In this document: piece after piece, positions 24,801 through 38,639 of the stretch
Layout: each line of letters starts with the position of its first letter
How positions within the stretch are numbered: the stretch's first letter is position 1
Assembly: GCA_035221665.1 (NCBI GenBank)
Contig: CM069138.1
Coordinates: 22,382,001-22,446,000, forward strand
Origin: Okamejei kenojei
Taxonomy: Eukaryota
Length of the DNA stretch: 64,000 nt
Direction of reading: 5' to 3'
Notes under the pieces: model-generated
Seen by the model: only the letters and a program-made list of their open reading frames with translations
Database searches by the model: none
Told to the model about the DNA's origin: nothing
Made by a program: the position numbers and the translations under genes

Positions 24801-27800
24801 GTCCTAATTTTGATAATCCATTATTCTTCAAGAAAATATTTAACAATATCCCTATATCCACTCAACATAATTTAATAATTGGAGGTGATTTTAATTGTAC
24901 CTTAGATAATTATTTAGATAGATCATCAATGAAAAGGAAAACCACCTCTAAGTCAAGTACATTTATAAATTATTCTTGTTATAGATTCAAAACTAATTCC
25001 ATTTACATATGACTCAAAATATCATAATATTATTATCTCGGATCACGCTCCATTAACATTTAAGATAAAATTAAAAGACATAACTATTAAAACCTCTAAC
25101 TGGAGACTCAACCCCCAAATATTAAAGGATAGGGCTTGTTATGATTACTTGGTAAAACAGATTAGATTATTTTTTGAAACTAATGACAAACCTGGAATTT
25201 CATCATCACTGCTTTGGGATACATTTAAAGCATTTATGCGTTGTGCGATAATATCGGCACACACATACTTTAATAAGGAAAATCGAAAGACTCAACAAAA
25301 GTTGGAAAATGAAATAAAACATTTAGATATTGAAAATGCAATATCCCCTTCTAAGGGGCTAAGTAATAAAATTGCATCTTTAAAATATAAGCTAAACAAA
25401 ATATACTCAAATCAGATTATTAAACTTTTTCAACAGACTAAACAAGTACACTTTGAATTTGGGGATAAACCACAAAAATTACTGGCACGCCAGCTTAGAA
25501 AATTAGATGAGGAGAAAATGATACATAAAATTAGATTTGAACAAGGAGAAATATTGACTTTACCAAAAGATATCAATGATTCCTTTTTTGCAATATTATC
25601 AAAATCTTTACTCATCTAAACTAGCAGGACAATCAGATGGAATGGAAACATTCCTACAAGAATGTCGTATTAACAGTTTAGATCAGGAAGGTAGAGACTT
25701 GTTAAATGCTGATATATCAGTAAAAGATATTGAAGAATCAATTGGATCATTAAATAACGGAAAAGCCGCAGGCCCTGATGGCTTAAGTGTTGAATTTTAT
25801 AAGAAGTTTTATGATCTGATCTCTCCACGCTTACGTACAATATATAAATATGCTTATGAACAAGGAAAGTTACCAGAATCATTAAATGAATCTACAATTA
25901 CACTTATCCCTAAAGCTGATAAAGATTTGGAAGACCCTGGATCATACAGAGCAATAGCTCTTTTAAATACTGATCAAAAAATACTAACTAAAATTTTATC
26001 TCGGAGGCTAAGTTTAGTGATTAATAAATGAATACATCATGACCAAACAGGTTTTATTCCAAAACGTTATTCATCCTATAATCTGAGACGTCTATTTAAT
26101 GTCATGTACTCAAAAAAGTGAATGATATTGAACTAGCTGTCATATCCTTAGATGCTGAAAAAGCATTTGACCAGGTTGAATGGCCATAATTATTTAAAAT
26201 AATGCAGAAATTTCAACTGGGGGATAGATTTTCCAAATGAGTAAAAATCATATACTCGAATCCAACTGCAAGAATATTAACAAATCAAATGCTATCAGCA
26301 AAATTGAATCTCTTTAGGGGTTGTAGACAAGGATGGCCATTATCACCATTACTATTTGCTCTGGTAATAGAACCATTAGCCGAAATGATTAGATCAGAAC
26401 CAGAAATATATGGATATAATACCAAAACTACAACAAATAAAATATCTCTATACGCAGATGACATCTTAATTTATATTACAAAACCGGAGATTAGTATTCC
26501 AAATCTATTTAATGTTATAACTAAGTTTAGTACATTTTCTGGGTATAGAATTAATTGGAATAAAAGTGAAATTATGCCTATAACTGGAATCAATTAAATA
26601 TATTAGAACAATTCCCACTTAAAATAGTCACGGACAAACTCAATATCTAGGAATTAATGTATCTAAGTCCTATAACTGTCTATTTAAATATAATTACCAT
26701 CAATTATTAAATAAACTAAAAAAAAATATTTTTATATTGGAAAACACTACCTATATCAATGATCGGTAGAATAAAAATGCTATAAAAATGATTTTTTTTA
26801 CCACAGTTGTTATATTTATTTCAAGCCATCCCTTTATATCTCGCTAAAATGTTTTTAAAAAAAAAATAGATACTTTGGTTAATAGTTTTATTTGGGACTA
26901 TAAAAACCATCAAATAAGTAAAAAACATCTATGTAAATCTAAAATAAATGGTGGACTAGCACAACCAAATTTCTTATATTATTTCTGGGCAGTCCAGATT
27001 AAGAATATGAATTTTTGGTTGGTAAATTTAGATCATGAACCAAGCTGGCTAAAGATGGAAAAGGAAGACTGTTTGCCTTTTGATGTAGGTTCGATTCTTT
27101 TTGCACCAAGAGAAGTACAAAAAAAAAAAATGTATGGTGACAATCCTATAATTCATCGCAATAGACATATTTGGAAACAAATAGTTAAGACCCTACAGAT
27201 GGACAATTTATCACTTTGTTTGCCAATTATGAATAATCCCTTGTTTAGGCCCTCTGTATTGGACAAGGAGTTTAGACACTGGAATGATTTAGGAATTAAA
27301 AGTATAGAACACCTTTACATGAAAGGAACATTTCTTTTATTTCAAGAGTTACAGGATATTTATGGATTGCAGTCAAACAACTTATTTAGGTATTTACAAA
27401 TTAGAAACTATATTAAGTCAAATACGCAAGACTATAAAAATAGAAAACCAGGATTATTAGATGAATTGTTTCATAAACACCCAAATACAGAAAAATTAAT
27501 AGCGTATATATACAATACTATTTTGAATAGGGAAATCCCAACTTTGGAAATATATCGACAAACTTGGGGAAAAATGAAATAGGTTTATCTATAATGAAGG
27601 AAATTTGGGAAGAAAGCCTACAACGTATACATCATTGCTCATTAAATGCTAGACATATATTGATACAATTTAATGTATTACACAGATTACATTATTCAAA
27701 AACGAAATTAAATAGAATTTATCCAAACATCTCTCCTATTTGTGATAATTGTCAGAACTTGGAAGCTAATTTAACGCATAGTTTTGTAACATGTATAAAA

Positions 27801-29080
27801 CTCAATTATTATTGGACAGAAATCTTTAGAGTTATCTCTGAAGTTCTTAAAATTAAACTGGACCCAGATCCAAAATTAATAATATTAGGAGTTCCGGATT
27901 CAAATTTAATATTAAAAGTAAACCAAAGAAATTTATTGGATTACTGTTTGATAACAGAGAAAAAATAATACTGAAATTTTGGAAGTGAACATTATCCCCC
28001 ACAATTAAAATGTGGACAGTGGAAATGTTGGAGACGTTGCTTTTGGAAAGAATCAGATTTGTCCTAATGGACAAATACGAACTCTTTGAACAGATATGGT
28101 CTCCATATACAGAATATTTGAAGGGGTAGCTGTTCTTGGCATCACAACTCAATGGGTACCCGACAGGATTAGATGAAAATAACTCTCTTTTTTTTTATTT
28201 GTATACATGTCTCTATTGATATCGCTATTTGTAATTGTGTTATTCACTATTAAGATGTATACTATAATCTCTTTTGTTTATATATATATATAATACTTTG
28301 TTTTAATTAAATATATATAACAAGATTATATACATATATCTTTTTTTTTCTCTCTCTCTTTTTCTCTTTCTATATAATCAAAATTATTATTTAATCACTA
28401 TTCTTATTGATTAAAATCTATTCTTTTCTTTTTCTACTTTCTAAAAAAATAGAAGTTTATAAGAATTATTCGTAACATTCGTATACTTATTGAAATAAGT
28501 TGGTTGTGTATTTGAAAAGTTGGTATACCGTTGTTAAGATGGATTACTTCTAATAAAAAATATTATTACAAAAAAAAAGAATATTGTTAAGCGAGAAAGA
28601 GTGCAGGGCAGATTTATTAGCATGTTGTCACGACTTGAAGGCCCTAACTATAGCAAGAGGTTGGGCTGGCCAGGGTTTTATTCCTTGGAGCCCAGGAGGC
28701 CGAGGGATTATTTTATAGAGATTTATAGGATCATGAAGGGGATAGATAGTGTGAATGCACAGTGCTTTTACCCAGTGTATAGGCAATCAAGAACTACAGG
28801 ACATAGGCGAGAGAGGAAAGATTCAATAGAAAACTGAGGGGCAACTTTTTCAAACAGAGGATGGTGGACATATGTGGAACGATCTGACAGAAAAGGTAGT
28901 TAAGGCAGGTATGATAACTGCATTTAAAATACATTTGGACAGGTACATGGATAGGAAAGGTTTAGAGAGATCTGGGGTAAGCCTGGGCCAGTGGAACTAG
29001 TGCAGATGGGACATCTTGTGGTCAACTTGGGAAATTTGGATTGAAGGACCTGTTTCCGTGCTGTGTAACACTATGACTCA
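21810..29080 (+). mobile_element. Old degenerate CR1 (21810-22500 and 28591-29080) split by an L1 insertion
   Basis: CR1-like sequence on both sides of the L1: aattggcttcatggaaggcagcagagggtgatggtg, cagatgacactaaaat before it, and the QGRFISML..GFYSLE frame after it. Confidence 0.7.
22527..28576 (+). mobile_element. Full-length but disrupted L1 (L1-A): 5'UTR, ORF1 ~22741-23750, spacer, ORF2 ~24440-28130, polyA
   Basis: ORF1 DLEGRQRRKNLRIVG. ORF2 SWNVKG, FLQETH, GGDFN, GPDG, SYRAIALLNTD, SLYADD, CDNC..H..C. 14-bp TSD aagaatattgttaa at 22513-22526 and 28577-28590. Confidence 0.95.
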
Positions 29081-29519
29081 AGTCCAAAAGTACATTAAAG
29101 GAAAGAGGGTAACTAGTGAGTGAATAGGTTTCCTCAGACATAAATGTACTCTGCCTCAGAATTTTATAAATGTTCCATTAGATTGCCCCTCAGCCTCGGA
29201 TTCTCTAGAGAAAACAGTCCACATTTATGCAACCTCACCAGATAACTAATGCCCAGGCAGCATTCTGGTAAACCTCCTCTGCAACTTCTTCAAAGCCGCC
29301 ACATCATTTTTGTAATGTGGTGACCAGAACTGCACAAACAACTCTAAATGTTGCCCGACCAAAGTTTCATGCAGCTGCAACATGACTTGCCAGCTTTTAC
29401 ACTCAATGTCCTGGTCAATGACAGCAAGTATATAGTAGACCTTCTTTACCAGGAGACAAGAAACCAGAAATGAACTGCAACAGTTAAATTCTTACTTGCT
29501 GCAGCTTCCGACACATTCC

Positions 29520-30000
29520 GACACACAACTACAACAAGAAATATATGCACTAAATAAATGGGGCTATGGCAGTGCGAAAACCCACCAAATTACATGGAGC
29601 AATCATAATAGTCCATAGTGAGGTGCTGAAGTAGGGTTGTACAGGGTGGTTCAAGAACTTGATGGTTGATGGGAAGAAGCTGTTATTCAACTTGGAGGTA
29701 ACAGCCTTCAGGCTCCTGTACCTGCTTCCTGATGGTATAGGGAGATTAGAGTATGGCCAAGGTGATGTGGGTCTGTTTAAAGGTTGTTTACTTGGCACCA
29801 TTTGGTCAGTTGATCGATCTCCCCCCCAATACTCTGACTCATCATCATCCATAATTTGTTCAACTACGGTGGTGTCGTCGGTGAATTTGAAGATGGAGTT
29901 GGAACCATTTCCGGCCACACAGTAATGGGTACAGAGTACGGGGCTGAGCACCCAGCCTTGAGGTGATCCTGTGCTGATGGTTATCAATCTGGAAGTTTTG
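29520..30000 (-). mobile_element. Rex1/Babar-like RT remnant
   Basis: ISTGSPQGWVLSP..FKFTDDTTVV..DDESEY..LPSGSRYRS..NSFFP. Confidence 0.7.
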
Positions 30001-33000
30001 CTGTGAGGTGGAGGAAATACATTGCTGATTAGGGAGAAGTTCACAGTAGCACTTGGAGAGAACATACTAGAGGATTAATCCATTGTGGGTAGTTTATTCA
30101 CAGCGGGTAGAGTTCACAATAAACAAAGGCACAGTCATGCTGATGGGCTGATATAATGGGCCCTCCACAAACCAGCAGCAAATAGAAGAACAAATATAGA
30201 AACTGATTACAGGAAACTATAAAACTATCAGGGTTGTCAAAATGAGCGATTTTTAACTTCCCCAATATTAACTCAGATTTCCTTTGTGCTAGAGGCAAAG
30301 TTAGGGCAGGGTTTGTTAGATTCAATCCAAAAAGCTCTCTTGAACAGTGTGTGGATTGTCAAATTAGAAAAGCAACCATACTGGAACGTACTGGTGTTTG
30401 GTCCTAGCCATGCGACTGACATGTATCGCCATCCAATGTACCCAACCTAGACAACTATGTCCCTCCTCCTGACTGGAACATGCTAGTTTTGAACTCTTGA
30501 TCATTTGGTTTTTAATAGGCCCCTGCATGTCAGATGTGAACTTACCCAATAACAATAGAGTCATAGTCAATAGAGTACCGGGTGGCCCTACAGGCCTGAT
30601 CCAACTGCTGAACAACCACTCCGCCGACCGGAACGCACCCCAGTAGGCCCGACTCGCCCAGTGGCCTGACTTGCACATGCCTCGCAGGGGACTGTGGAGA
30701 ACCCGGACAGCAAGGCCTGTCTGGGCCAAAGGATCCTGGGGCGGTGTGAGCCTCGGCAGCAACGGGAGCCTTGGCAGCAGTGGGGCCTTGGTGGCAGTGG
30801 GGCATTGTGATCGTCATGCAATCACCGATCGATGAGCGTGCGAATGGGAGGGGAAGAGAATGGAGGACCTGGCACGGGGGACCACCAAGAAGAACAATGG
30901 ATGACCGCCATGAGGGACAGTGGGAGAACAAAGGACCCGGTGTGGGTGAGAGGGGGGCACTCTACTTTTAGAATCCTCTGCCCAGGAGATAACCCTGTGT
31001 TTGTTTGTTTCTTTGTTTGTTTGTTCGTTCATTCCGTTTAAGGCACCTTGCACATGGCAGCCAGCCAACAGTCACTTGTCTTTTTTATTTCACATTATAA
31101 TTTAATTTTAATTTCAAGTTTTCATGTACCTGTTATGTGTTGTGACTGTTGGCAGAGCAAAATTCCCTCTGGGTGTGAATAAAGTTCTATCGTATCATAT
31201 AATTTAGTCATACAGTGTGGAAACAGGCCTTTCGGCCCAATTTGCCCACACCAAACAACATGCCCAATCTACATTAGTACCATCTGCCTGCATTTAGCCT
31301 ATATCCCTCTAAACCTGCCCTATCCATAGTCATCAAATCATATGGGACCTTCTGGCATGCATTTACATGTTTAATTATTTCTTAAAAATTGTTCCCAATT
31401 TACTCTTGCTAGTTGCTTCCTAATAATGTTGTAATTTGCTGTACTACAAGTTAATATCTACCCCAAGGTCCAGACCCGTCTTTATTCATAACGACCTTGA
31501 AGCTTATGAGGTTATGAGGTTATGAATGAGAATGAGTCTGGACCTTGGGACAAGTTGTTGAGGAAGAGAACTTTGGATGATGATGGAGGTCGGAAATTTG
31601 GTCCAAAGGAAAGAGGAAGCATATGTAAGCATAACCTGGACGTAAATGTAGATGACTAGGTAAGTAATTTGCAGATAACACCAAAATTGGTGGAGTTGTG
31701 GACAGTAAGGAAGGTTGTCAAAATATACAGTGAAATACAAAAATAGGTGGAGAAATGACAGTTGCAGTTTAATCTGAGCAAGTGAATGGTGTTGTACTTT
31801 GGGAAGTCAAATTTAAGGAGAAAGTAAGACATAAGTGTTGTAAGGATTGGTGTTCATAAGCTCAGCTGTAGATACTGGTTTGCCAAAAAAGACACAAAAT
31901 GCAGGAGTAACTCAACTGGTCAGGCAGCATTTCTGGAGAACACGGATAGGTGTCGTTTTGGGACAAGGCACAAAGTGCTGAAAGAAATTTCTGGAGGTTG
32001 TAGATGTATCCCAGTCCATCACATGGACCAACATCCCCACCAATTACTCCATCTACACTCCACATTGCCTCGAGAAAGTAGCCAACAAAATCAAGGACCT
32101 TTTCCACCCTTGGTATTTATTGCAGAGAATATTAAGCAGGTACCACCAGATTCAGAAACCGCTTCTACTCAGAATACTGAATGGTCCTCCGATCAGCTTG
32201 GATATAGTTCAGATCTTTCAACTAACCTCATTGTAGACCTTGAACAATTGTAAAGCTATAATGCGTTTTACATTCTGCACTTCGGTATGTATTTGTTGTC
32301 TTTCCTGACTGATTGTGGTCTATGGGTCAGGAAGTCAAGGATCCAATTGTAGAGGTGGGTACTGACTGCTCAGTTCAGGAGTTTGGAGAGCACATTGACT
32401 GGTTGCAACACGGCCTGGTAGTGGAACTCAAACATCAAGGAGTAAAGAAGAATGTAAAAAGTGGTGAACACTGCACAGTCCATCACGGGTATAGACTTCT
32501 CCACCATCAAAGGATCGACAGGAATCGCTGCCTCATAAAGGGAGCCAGCATCATCAGAGACCCACGCTCTCACTTGGCTGGACTTATGGTGTTCAAGGTG
32601 AAGCTATGGTGAATAATAATAGGAGTCTGATGTAGGTTCGGCAGAGGCTTGGTGACAACGTAACCAGGAGGGAGCTGGAAGTCTGACGCAAGGGGGAAAG
32701 GACCGGTGAAGGAGGGTGAACTGGGGTAATGCCTCCAGTGCCTTCAATTTTGGCTGCAGGACGTACCGCCAGGACACAAAGATGGCCAGAGAAGGAAAGG
32801 AGAGGAGAGGAATGATGCTCCAGTGCATCGAGCGTGAGGGCCGACTGGACATAATAGCGCCAATAATGTCTGTGCCCGCATGTGTAATATGTGCAAGAGG
32901 AATTTCTCTGTGCAGTTGCATATGTGACAAATAAAACAATATTGAGGTGTCCTTGTTAACCAGGTGTTGCAGAGCCAGGGAAATGGCATCTGCTGTGGAC

Positions 33001-33340
33001 CGTAGGTGATAGGTGAATTGCAGTGGATCAAGACTAGATAGGGCTCTTAAAAATAGCGGAGTCAGGGGATATGGGGAGAAGGCAGGAATGGAATATTGAT
33101 TGGGGCTGATCAGATCAGCCATGATCACATTGAACGGCGGTGCTGGCTCGAAGGGCCGAATGGCCTACTGCTGCACCTATTGTCCATTGACTAAGACTGG
33201 AGTTCTTGTGCGTCATGACCAGCCTCACAAAGCTACTGTGGAATATAAACAACGGTTCACGTTTGTCAATTCCAGAAGCTATTTTCATGCTGTTTGTCCT
33301 TTTTCTCTTATGGTTAAATGTCGTAAATGTCTGCATATTA

Positions 33341-33641
33341 TGAGTTTCTCCAGCTTTTTGTGTACCCTCTATCTCTATCTCCCTCCCCCACCCCAGTCGC
33401 ACCAGCTTCTCATTTTCACACCACAAACAGCTTACAATGGCTTGTTCCCTTTATCATCGATACTTTTTTGCATATCTTTCATTCATTGTTCCTTATCTCT
33501 CCACATCACCGTCTATATCTCTCGTTTCCCTGATCCCTGACCAGTCTGAAGAAGGGTCTCGACCCGAAACGTCGCCTATCTCCTTCGCTCCTTAGATGCT
33601 GCTGCACCCGCTGAGTTTCTCCAGCTTTTTGTGTACCCTCT
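33341..33641 (+). mobile_element. Penelope-derived small element with terminal redundancy and a hammerhead-like core
   Basis: 30-bp terminal direct repeat 271 nt apart; flanking 18-bp duplication tctgcatattatgagttt (33330-33347, 33639-33656); core ctgaagaagggtctcgacccgaaacgtc at 33546-33573. Confidence 0.7.
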
Positions 33642-34933
33642 GCATATTATGAGTTTGCAGATTATGTAGTTTTGGCACTTAAAGGAAATGCACTGAATTG
33701 TTTTTTACTGTGCTACCTGTATGACCTGATCGAATTTTACAGGAGAACGATATAATGAAATCTGAATTCATTTACATTGGATAAAACTTTTTAAAAAACA
33801 ATGAAAGAGGAAGTTAGCTCTAAATAAAACCATTCCAGCTATTTTAGAGGGACTATTTTTAAATGATAACTACTGACAAATTAACAGCTGAAGTTTGTCA
33901 AACCTCATTTGTATTAAACTTGATAAAAATTGAGAAACCAGTCCATCATTAACCTGAGCAGCGGGGCAACGCAGTGGTGCAGCGAAGAGTTGCTGCCTTA
34001 CAGCGCCAGACACCCGGGCTAGTTCCTAACCACGGGTACATTCTGTACAGAGTTTGTATGTTCTCCCTGTGACTGCGTAGGTTGTCTCCGGGTCCTCCGC
34101 ATTCCTCCCACATTCTTAAGACATGCAGGTTTGCGGGTTAATTGGCTTCTGTAAATTATCCCGAGTGTGTAGGATAGAACTAGCCTTTAATCTTTTTCTT
34201 TAGTCTTTAGCGATATAATGTGAAAACGGGCCCTACAGCGCACCGAATCCATGCCGACCAGTGATCATCCCGCATAACAGCGTTATCCTACATACTGGGG
34301 ACAATTTTACAATTTTTACCAAAGCCAATTAACCTACAATCCTGTATGTCTTTGGAGTGTTGGAGGAAACTGGAGCACCCGGAGAAAACCCACTTGGTCA
34401 CAGGGAGAACGTACAAACTCCGTGCAGACAGCAACTGTAGTCAGGATGAACCCGTTTTTTTTTTGCACTGTAAGGCAGCAACTCTACCGCTGCGCCACCG
34501 TGCCACCCAGTGTTTTGGTGATTGCTGGTCGGGCCGAAGGGACTGTCACCACACTGTATCTGTAAACTAAACTGAACTGAAAATCCTGTGGACCATGGTC
34601 AAACTTGCAACGGGTTTTGGACAGGGGAGAGAGAAATGTTCTGGCAAAAGTGGAAAACTGAGTATGCGGGTAACCTCATTACTTCCTTCTCAGAGAAAAT
34701 GCAAAAGCTTGCAGGATAAAACAGAAATCATTTCAAAGTAATTTACATTGTAATGTCCCTCTTCTGAAATATGTTACTTGACAGATTGCGCAATTTCTTG
34801 TTCAGAGGCACCCTTAAATTTCTGCACTCTCAACGTAAATGTAGTTCATCTGCCTTTTTGTCAATAGCACTTAACTCACGTGCATCAAGAAAGGCTCAGA
34901 GTTAGCATTTAAAAATAATCCCTCCAAAATAAG

Positions 34934-35047
34934 CAGATGTGGTTTTCTTTATAACTGACTTCCTCTTCCACTGCTGGTTAGAAATACATTTACCAATGTG
35001 AATACATTCAGATTTCAGGATGATATTGTCCCTTGAAAAATGTGGTT
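34934..35047. promoter_or_regulatory. Candidate haematopoietic enhancer motif cluster
   Basis: E-box cagatg overlapping RUNX tgtggtt (34934-34944), ETS acttcctc (34958-34965) and a second tgtggtt (35041), all in non-repeat DNA. Confidence 0.3.
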
Positions 35048-37284
35048 AGTCATCACACATCTCCTCTCTGCCCGACTTTAGATCGCTTCATATAAGTCAG
35101 AGTGTGGTGAGTCTGTGGAACTCATTGCCTCTGAAGGATGTGGAAGCTAAGTCAATGGATATTTTTAAGGTGGAGATTGACAGATTCTTGATTACTACGG
35201 GTGTCAGGGATTATGGGGAGAAGGCAGGAGAATGGGGTTGAGAGGGAAAGATAGATCAGCCATGATTGAATGGCCAAGTAGACCTGATGGGCCGAATGGC
35301 CTTATTCTGCTCTTATAACTTATGAAGATTCATTCCTCGTCGGATTGATCATCCTAAAAAAATGTCTGAAAACACTTACGTGCTGGCCTCTCGTACATTC
35401 CTCATTGCTTTCATTCAGCTATTGATGGTCATGCCTTTAACATGCACCTCTCATTACCCCCTCTCCCACCCCCCCCCCCCCCCACCCCCCCCCCCCACTC
35501 TTTCTACCACTGCCCCTCCCACGCCTTGTCCAAGCTTTCTTCCTATCTCCTCCTTTCTTAAAACGTAGTACTCTGATCAAGTATTTCACACAAGCATAGA
35601 ACAGTACAGCAGAGGGAAAGGTTCTTTGGCCCACCATATCTGTGTCGAACATGATGCCAATTTGAACTATTCCCATCTGCCTGCGCATGGCCTCACCATT
35701 GTCTACTTATTAATGTCTTTGTCGAAATGACTATTAACTACCACTCAGATCTGCCTCCACCACTTCCCCTAGCAATGTTTTCCAAGCATGTAACACTCTG
35801 TGAAAACAAAAACTTTCCTCATATATATTCTTTACACTTTCCTAATCTCATTTTAAAGCCTTGATATCTAATATTTGACATTTCTATCCTGGAAAGACTG
35901 AATATTCTAACCGGTCTATGGTGCTGTCCTCAGGCGACTCTGCGTGCAGGTCCCAGAAGTGGATTTGTGATCATACATTACAATCGCTCCACTCATCTAA
36001 ATCTTTATATCTGCATCAGCATTTCTTCCTCTAACTATGCTCTTCTTAATCTCCTCTCTGATGCCAGGGACCAAAGGACCACCCGGAATGACTCTTGGAA
36101 CTGTGAGGACCCGACCAGTGAGGCCTAGCATGACTGATAAGTCCTGCGGCCTATTGACCTTCCAAAGCCTGCAACCAACTCTACCACCACTCCCTCCCAG
36201 AGCTGCAAACTCCACGATGGTGAACAGGATTCAACTTGCTGATATAATTTCTCACATTAATAATGCTCCCATCAATGTCCCCTCAGCCCTACGGCGTTTG
36301 TTGAGACCTGCATCCTACTGACCTGAAGCCTCCAGCCGACTTGATTGATGTCCCAACGGAGCAGCAGACCCCACGAGTGGTCCTCTTGGCCAGACCGGGA
36401 ACAGGCGCCAACCCACAGGCACAGGATGATTCCACCGTCCGACCTTTGACGCCCCAAGGACAACGGGCCAGACAATCCGGATCACCCAACAGTGGAAGCT
36501 GGTATGGGATCTGATCCGAGCAGGCAGATGATCCGACCTCCGGGATCTTCCAGCATCGACACCAACCAATGGAAGACAGCCAAGCCAGAGGCTCAACCCA
36601 CGAAAATGCCCAATATCAGAAGCAACCCCTCATTTCTTTGTGCATCTAACACTGATACCAGTTATCAGGAGACATCCAGGTTAGAGGCCTGACCTCCTAG
36701 GCCGACCGACCTACTCCGACCCCAGGCCGACCAACCTACTCCGACCCCAGGCCTGACCCATGCAAGAGCTGACGATGACACCAGTGACTCACAGTGCCAA
36801 AGTGCTGCCACCTACTGAGTAAACAATGGAAGCGCACTGAGCTGTTGGTGCGGTTGAAGCAATGTTGTTTCAAGTCACCACCAGCATATAACTGGCTAAT
36901 GTGCAGTCTATGAAGAACAAGCTGGATGAACCTAAAGCAAGACTGACTTACCTCAGTTCTGAAGGACTGCTGTGTGCTCTGGGGATTTCACCGCTAACAT
37001 ACCTGACAGTGCCATTCTGCCCCAGGGCTTCTCCCTTCACCGGATGGACAGCACGGCCCTCCCACTGCGGGTGTCAAGCTTTCTCTGACTGAATTGTACT
37101 CTGTTACCATTAGCCTTGAGACAAAGTACCCCAAAGCCCTGGTCATTGTAACCATGTGTGTACTATCAAAATAGTATCAGCATAACTGTTGGCCTGCAAT
37201 GGGCCAGAACACATTAAAAAATACACCTACTGGTTCATTCCCCAGCCACATTTCAAGAAATCTGACTAGCTGTAATTTTATGGA

Positions 37285-37890
37285 GATGAATGAAATGTAA
37301 GGTGTTGCTCTTTGGAAGGTCAAATGCAAGGGGGAAAGTGTACAGCTAATTCCCAAGTCGAGTCAAGTCAAGAGAGTTTATTATCATGTGTCCCAGATAG
37401 GACAAATACATTCTTGCATGCTGCAGCACAACAGAATATTGTAGGGATAAATTTAATACAATTCCATAGCTCCCTGAAAGTAGCAAACCATTAGATAAAG
37501 AGGTAAAGAGGGCATACGGTATGCTTTCCTTCATTAGTCGGGGCATTGAGTATAAGGGTCAGGAAGTCATGTTGCAGCTTTATGTAACTTTGGTTAGGCC
37601 ACATTTGGTTGCTCCATTACAAAAAGGAGGCTTTGGAGAGTTTTGTCAGAATGATGCAAGGATTAGAGGGTATTAGCTGTGAGGAGAAGTTGAATAATCT
37701 TGGATTATTTTCCATGGAGCGCCTGAGGCTCAGCAGCGAACCAACAAAAGTATATAAAGTCATGAGAGGCATCAATTGGATGGACAATCAGAACTTCTTC
37801 TCAGAGATTAGTTTAAATAGGCATCGTATTCAACATGGATATTGTGGCCCAAAAGGCCTGTTCCTGTGCTGTACTGTTCTCATGTTCAAT
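37285..37890 (+). mobile_element. Old CR1 3' remnant
   Basis: ggtatgctttccttcattagtcggggcattgagtataag.., and LGLFSMERLRL. Confidence 0.7.
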
Positions 37891-38314
37891 GTTGTAATGA
37901 CTATTTGTGGAAGAGTATTATTGTGTCACTAATCATAACTCAGACAGATTTAGCCTAGTCTTTGAAAAGGACAAGAACAAATTATGGGATAATGATCAAC
38001 ATGGTGATATGCCCAGATTTACTCACTGGAGAAGAGACTTAGTAAATGGTAGTCTGCTAAATCACCTGTTAGTCTAAGTGTGAAGGTGAAGGATGTGAGA
38101 AAGGTTAGAGTCATTGACACATACAACACAATTACAGACCCTTTGGTCAACCATCATGTACTCTTCCGTACTAACCCTATTTTTCTCACACATTCCCATC
38201 AACTCCATTCTCTGTTAATGATTCTCCTTCCATTGACGATGGGACGACTTACAGCAGCAGATTAACCTCTCAACGCAATATCTTTGAGATGTGGAAAAAA
38301 ACAGAACACCCAGT

Positions 38315-38522
38315 GAAAACTGCAGATGCTGGTTTACACCAAAGGCAGGACTCAAAATGCTGGAGTATCTCAGTTGGTCACGCAGAGAAGAGAAATAGTG
38401 ATGTTTCAGGTCGAGACCCTTCTTCAAACTGAGCGTAGAGTGGTCGAGATCAGTCTTCAAACTGAGAAAAGGGTCTAGACCCAAGCAACCGCCTTGTCTA
38501 TGCTTGGTCTCACCAATATGAT
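38315..38522 (-). mobile_element. Penelope remnant (GIY-YIG fragment plus terminal hairpin); another fragment at ~19330-19420(+)
   Basis: HIGETKHRQG resembles the GIY-YIG YIGETKRRLG motif and sits next to gtcgagacccttcttca. The 19330 region encodes KDRVPLVL. Confidence 0.55.
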
Positions 38523-38639
38523 AATCATCCCCTGGCGTGGGGTAGCTGAGATTTCCCCCCAAATAAAGGAGCTTGAGCACCCGGACGAGGAAGGCCCGCC
38601 CAGCTACGGGAGTGAGGCCCGCCGCCAGCTACGTGCGTG

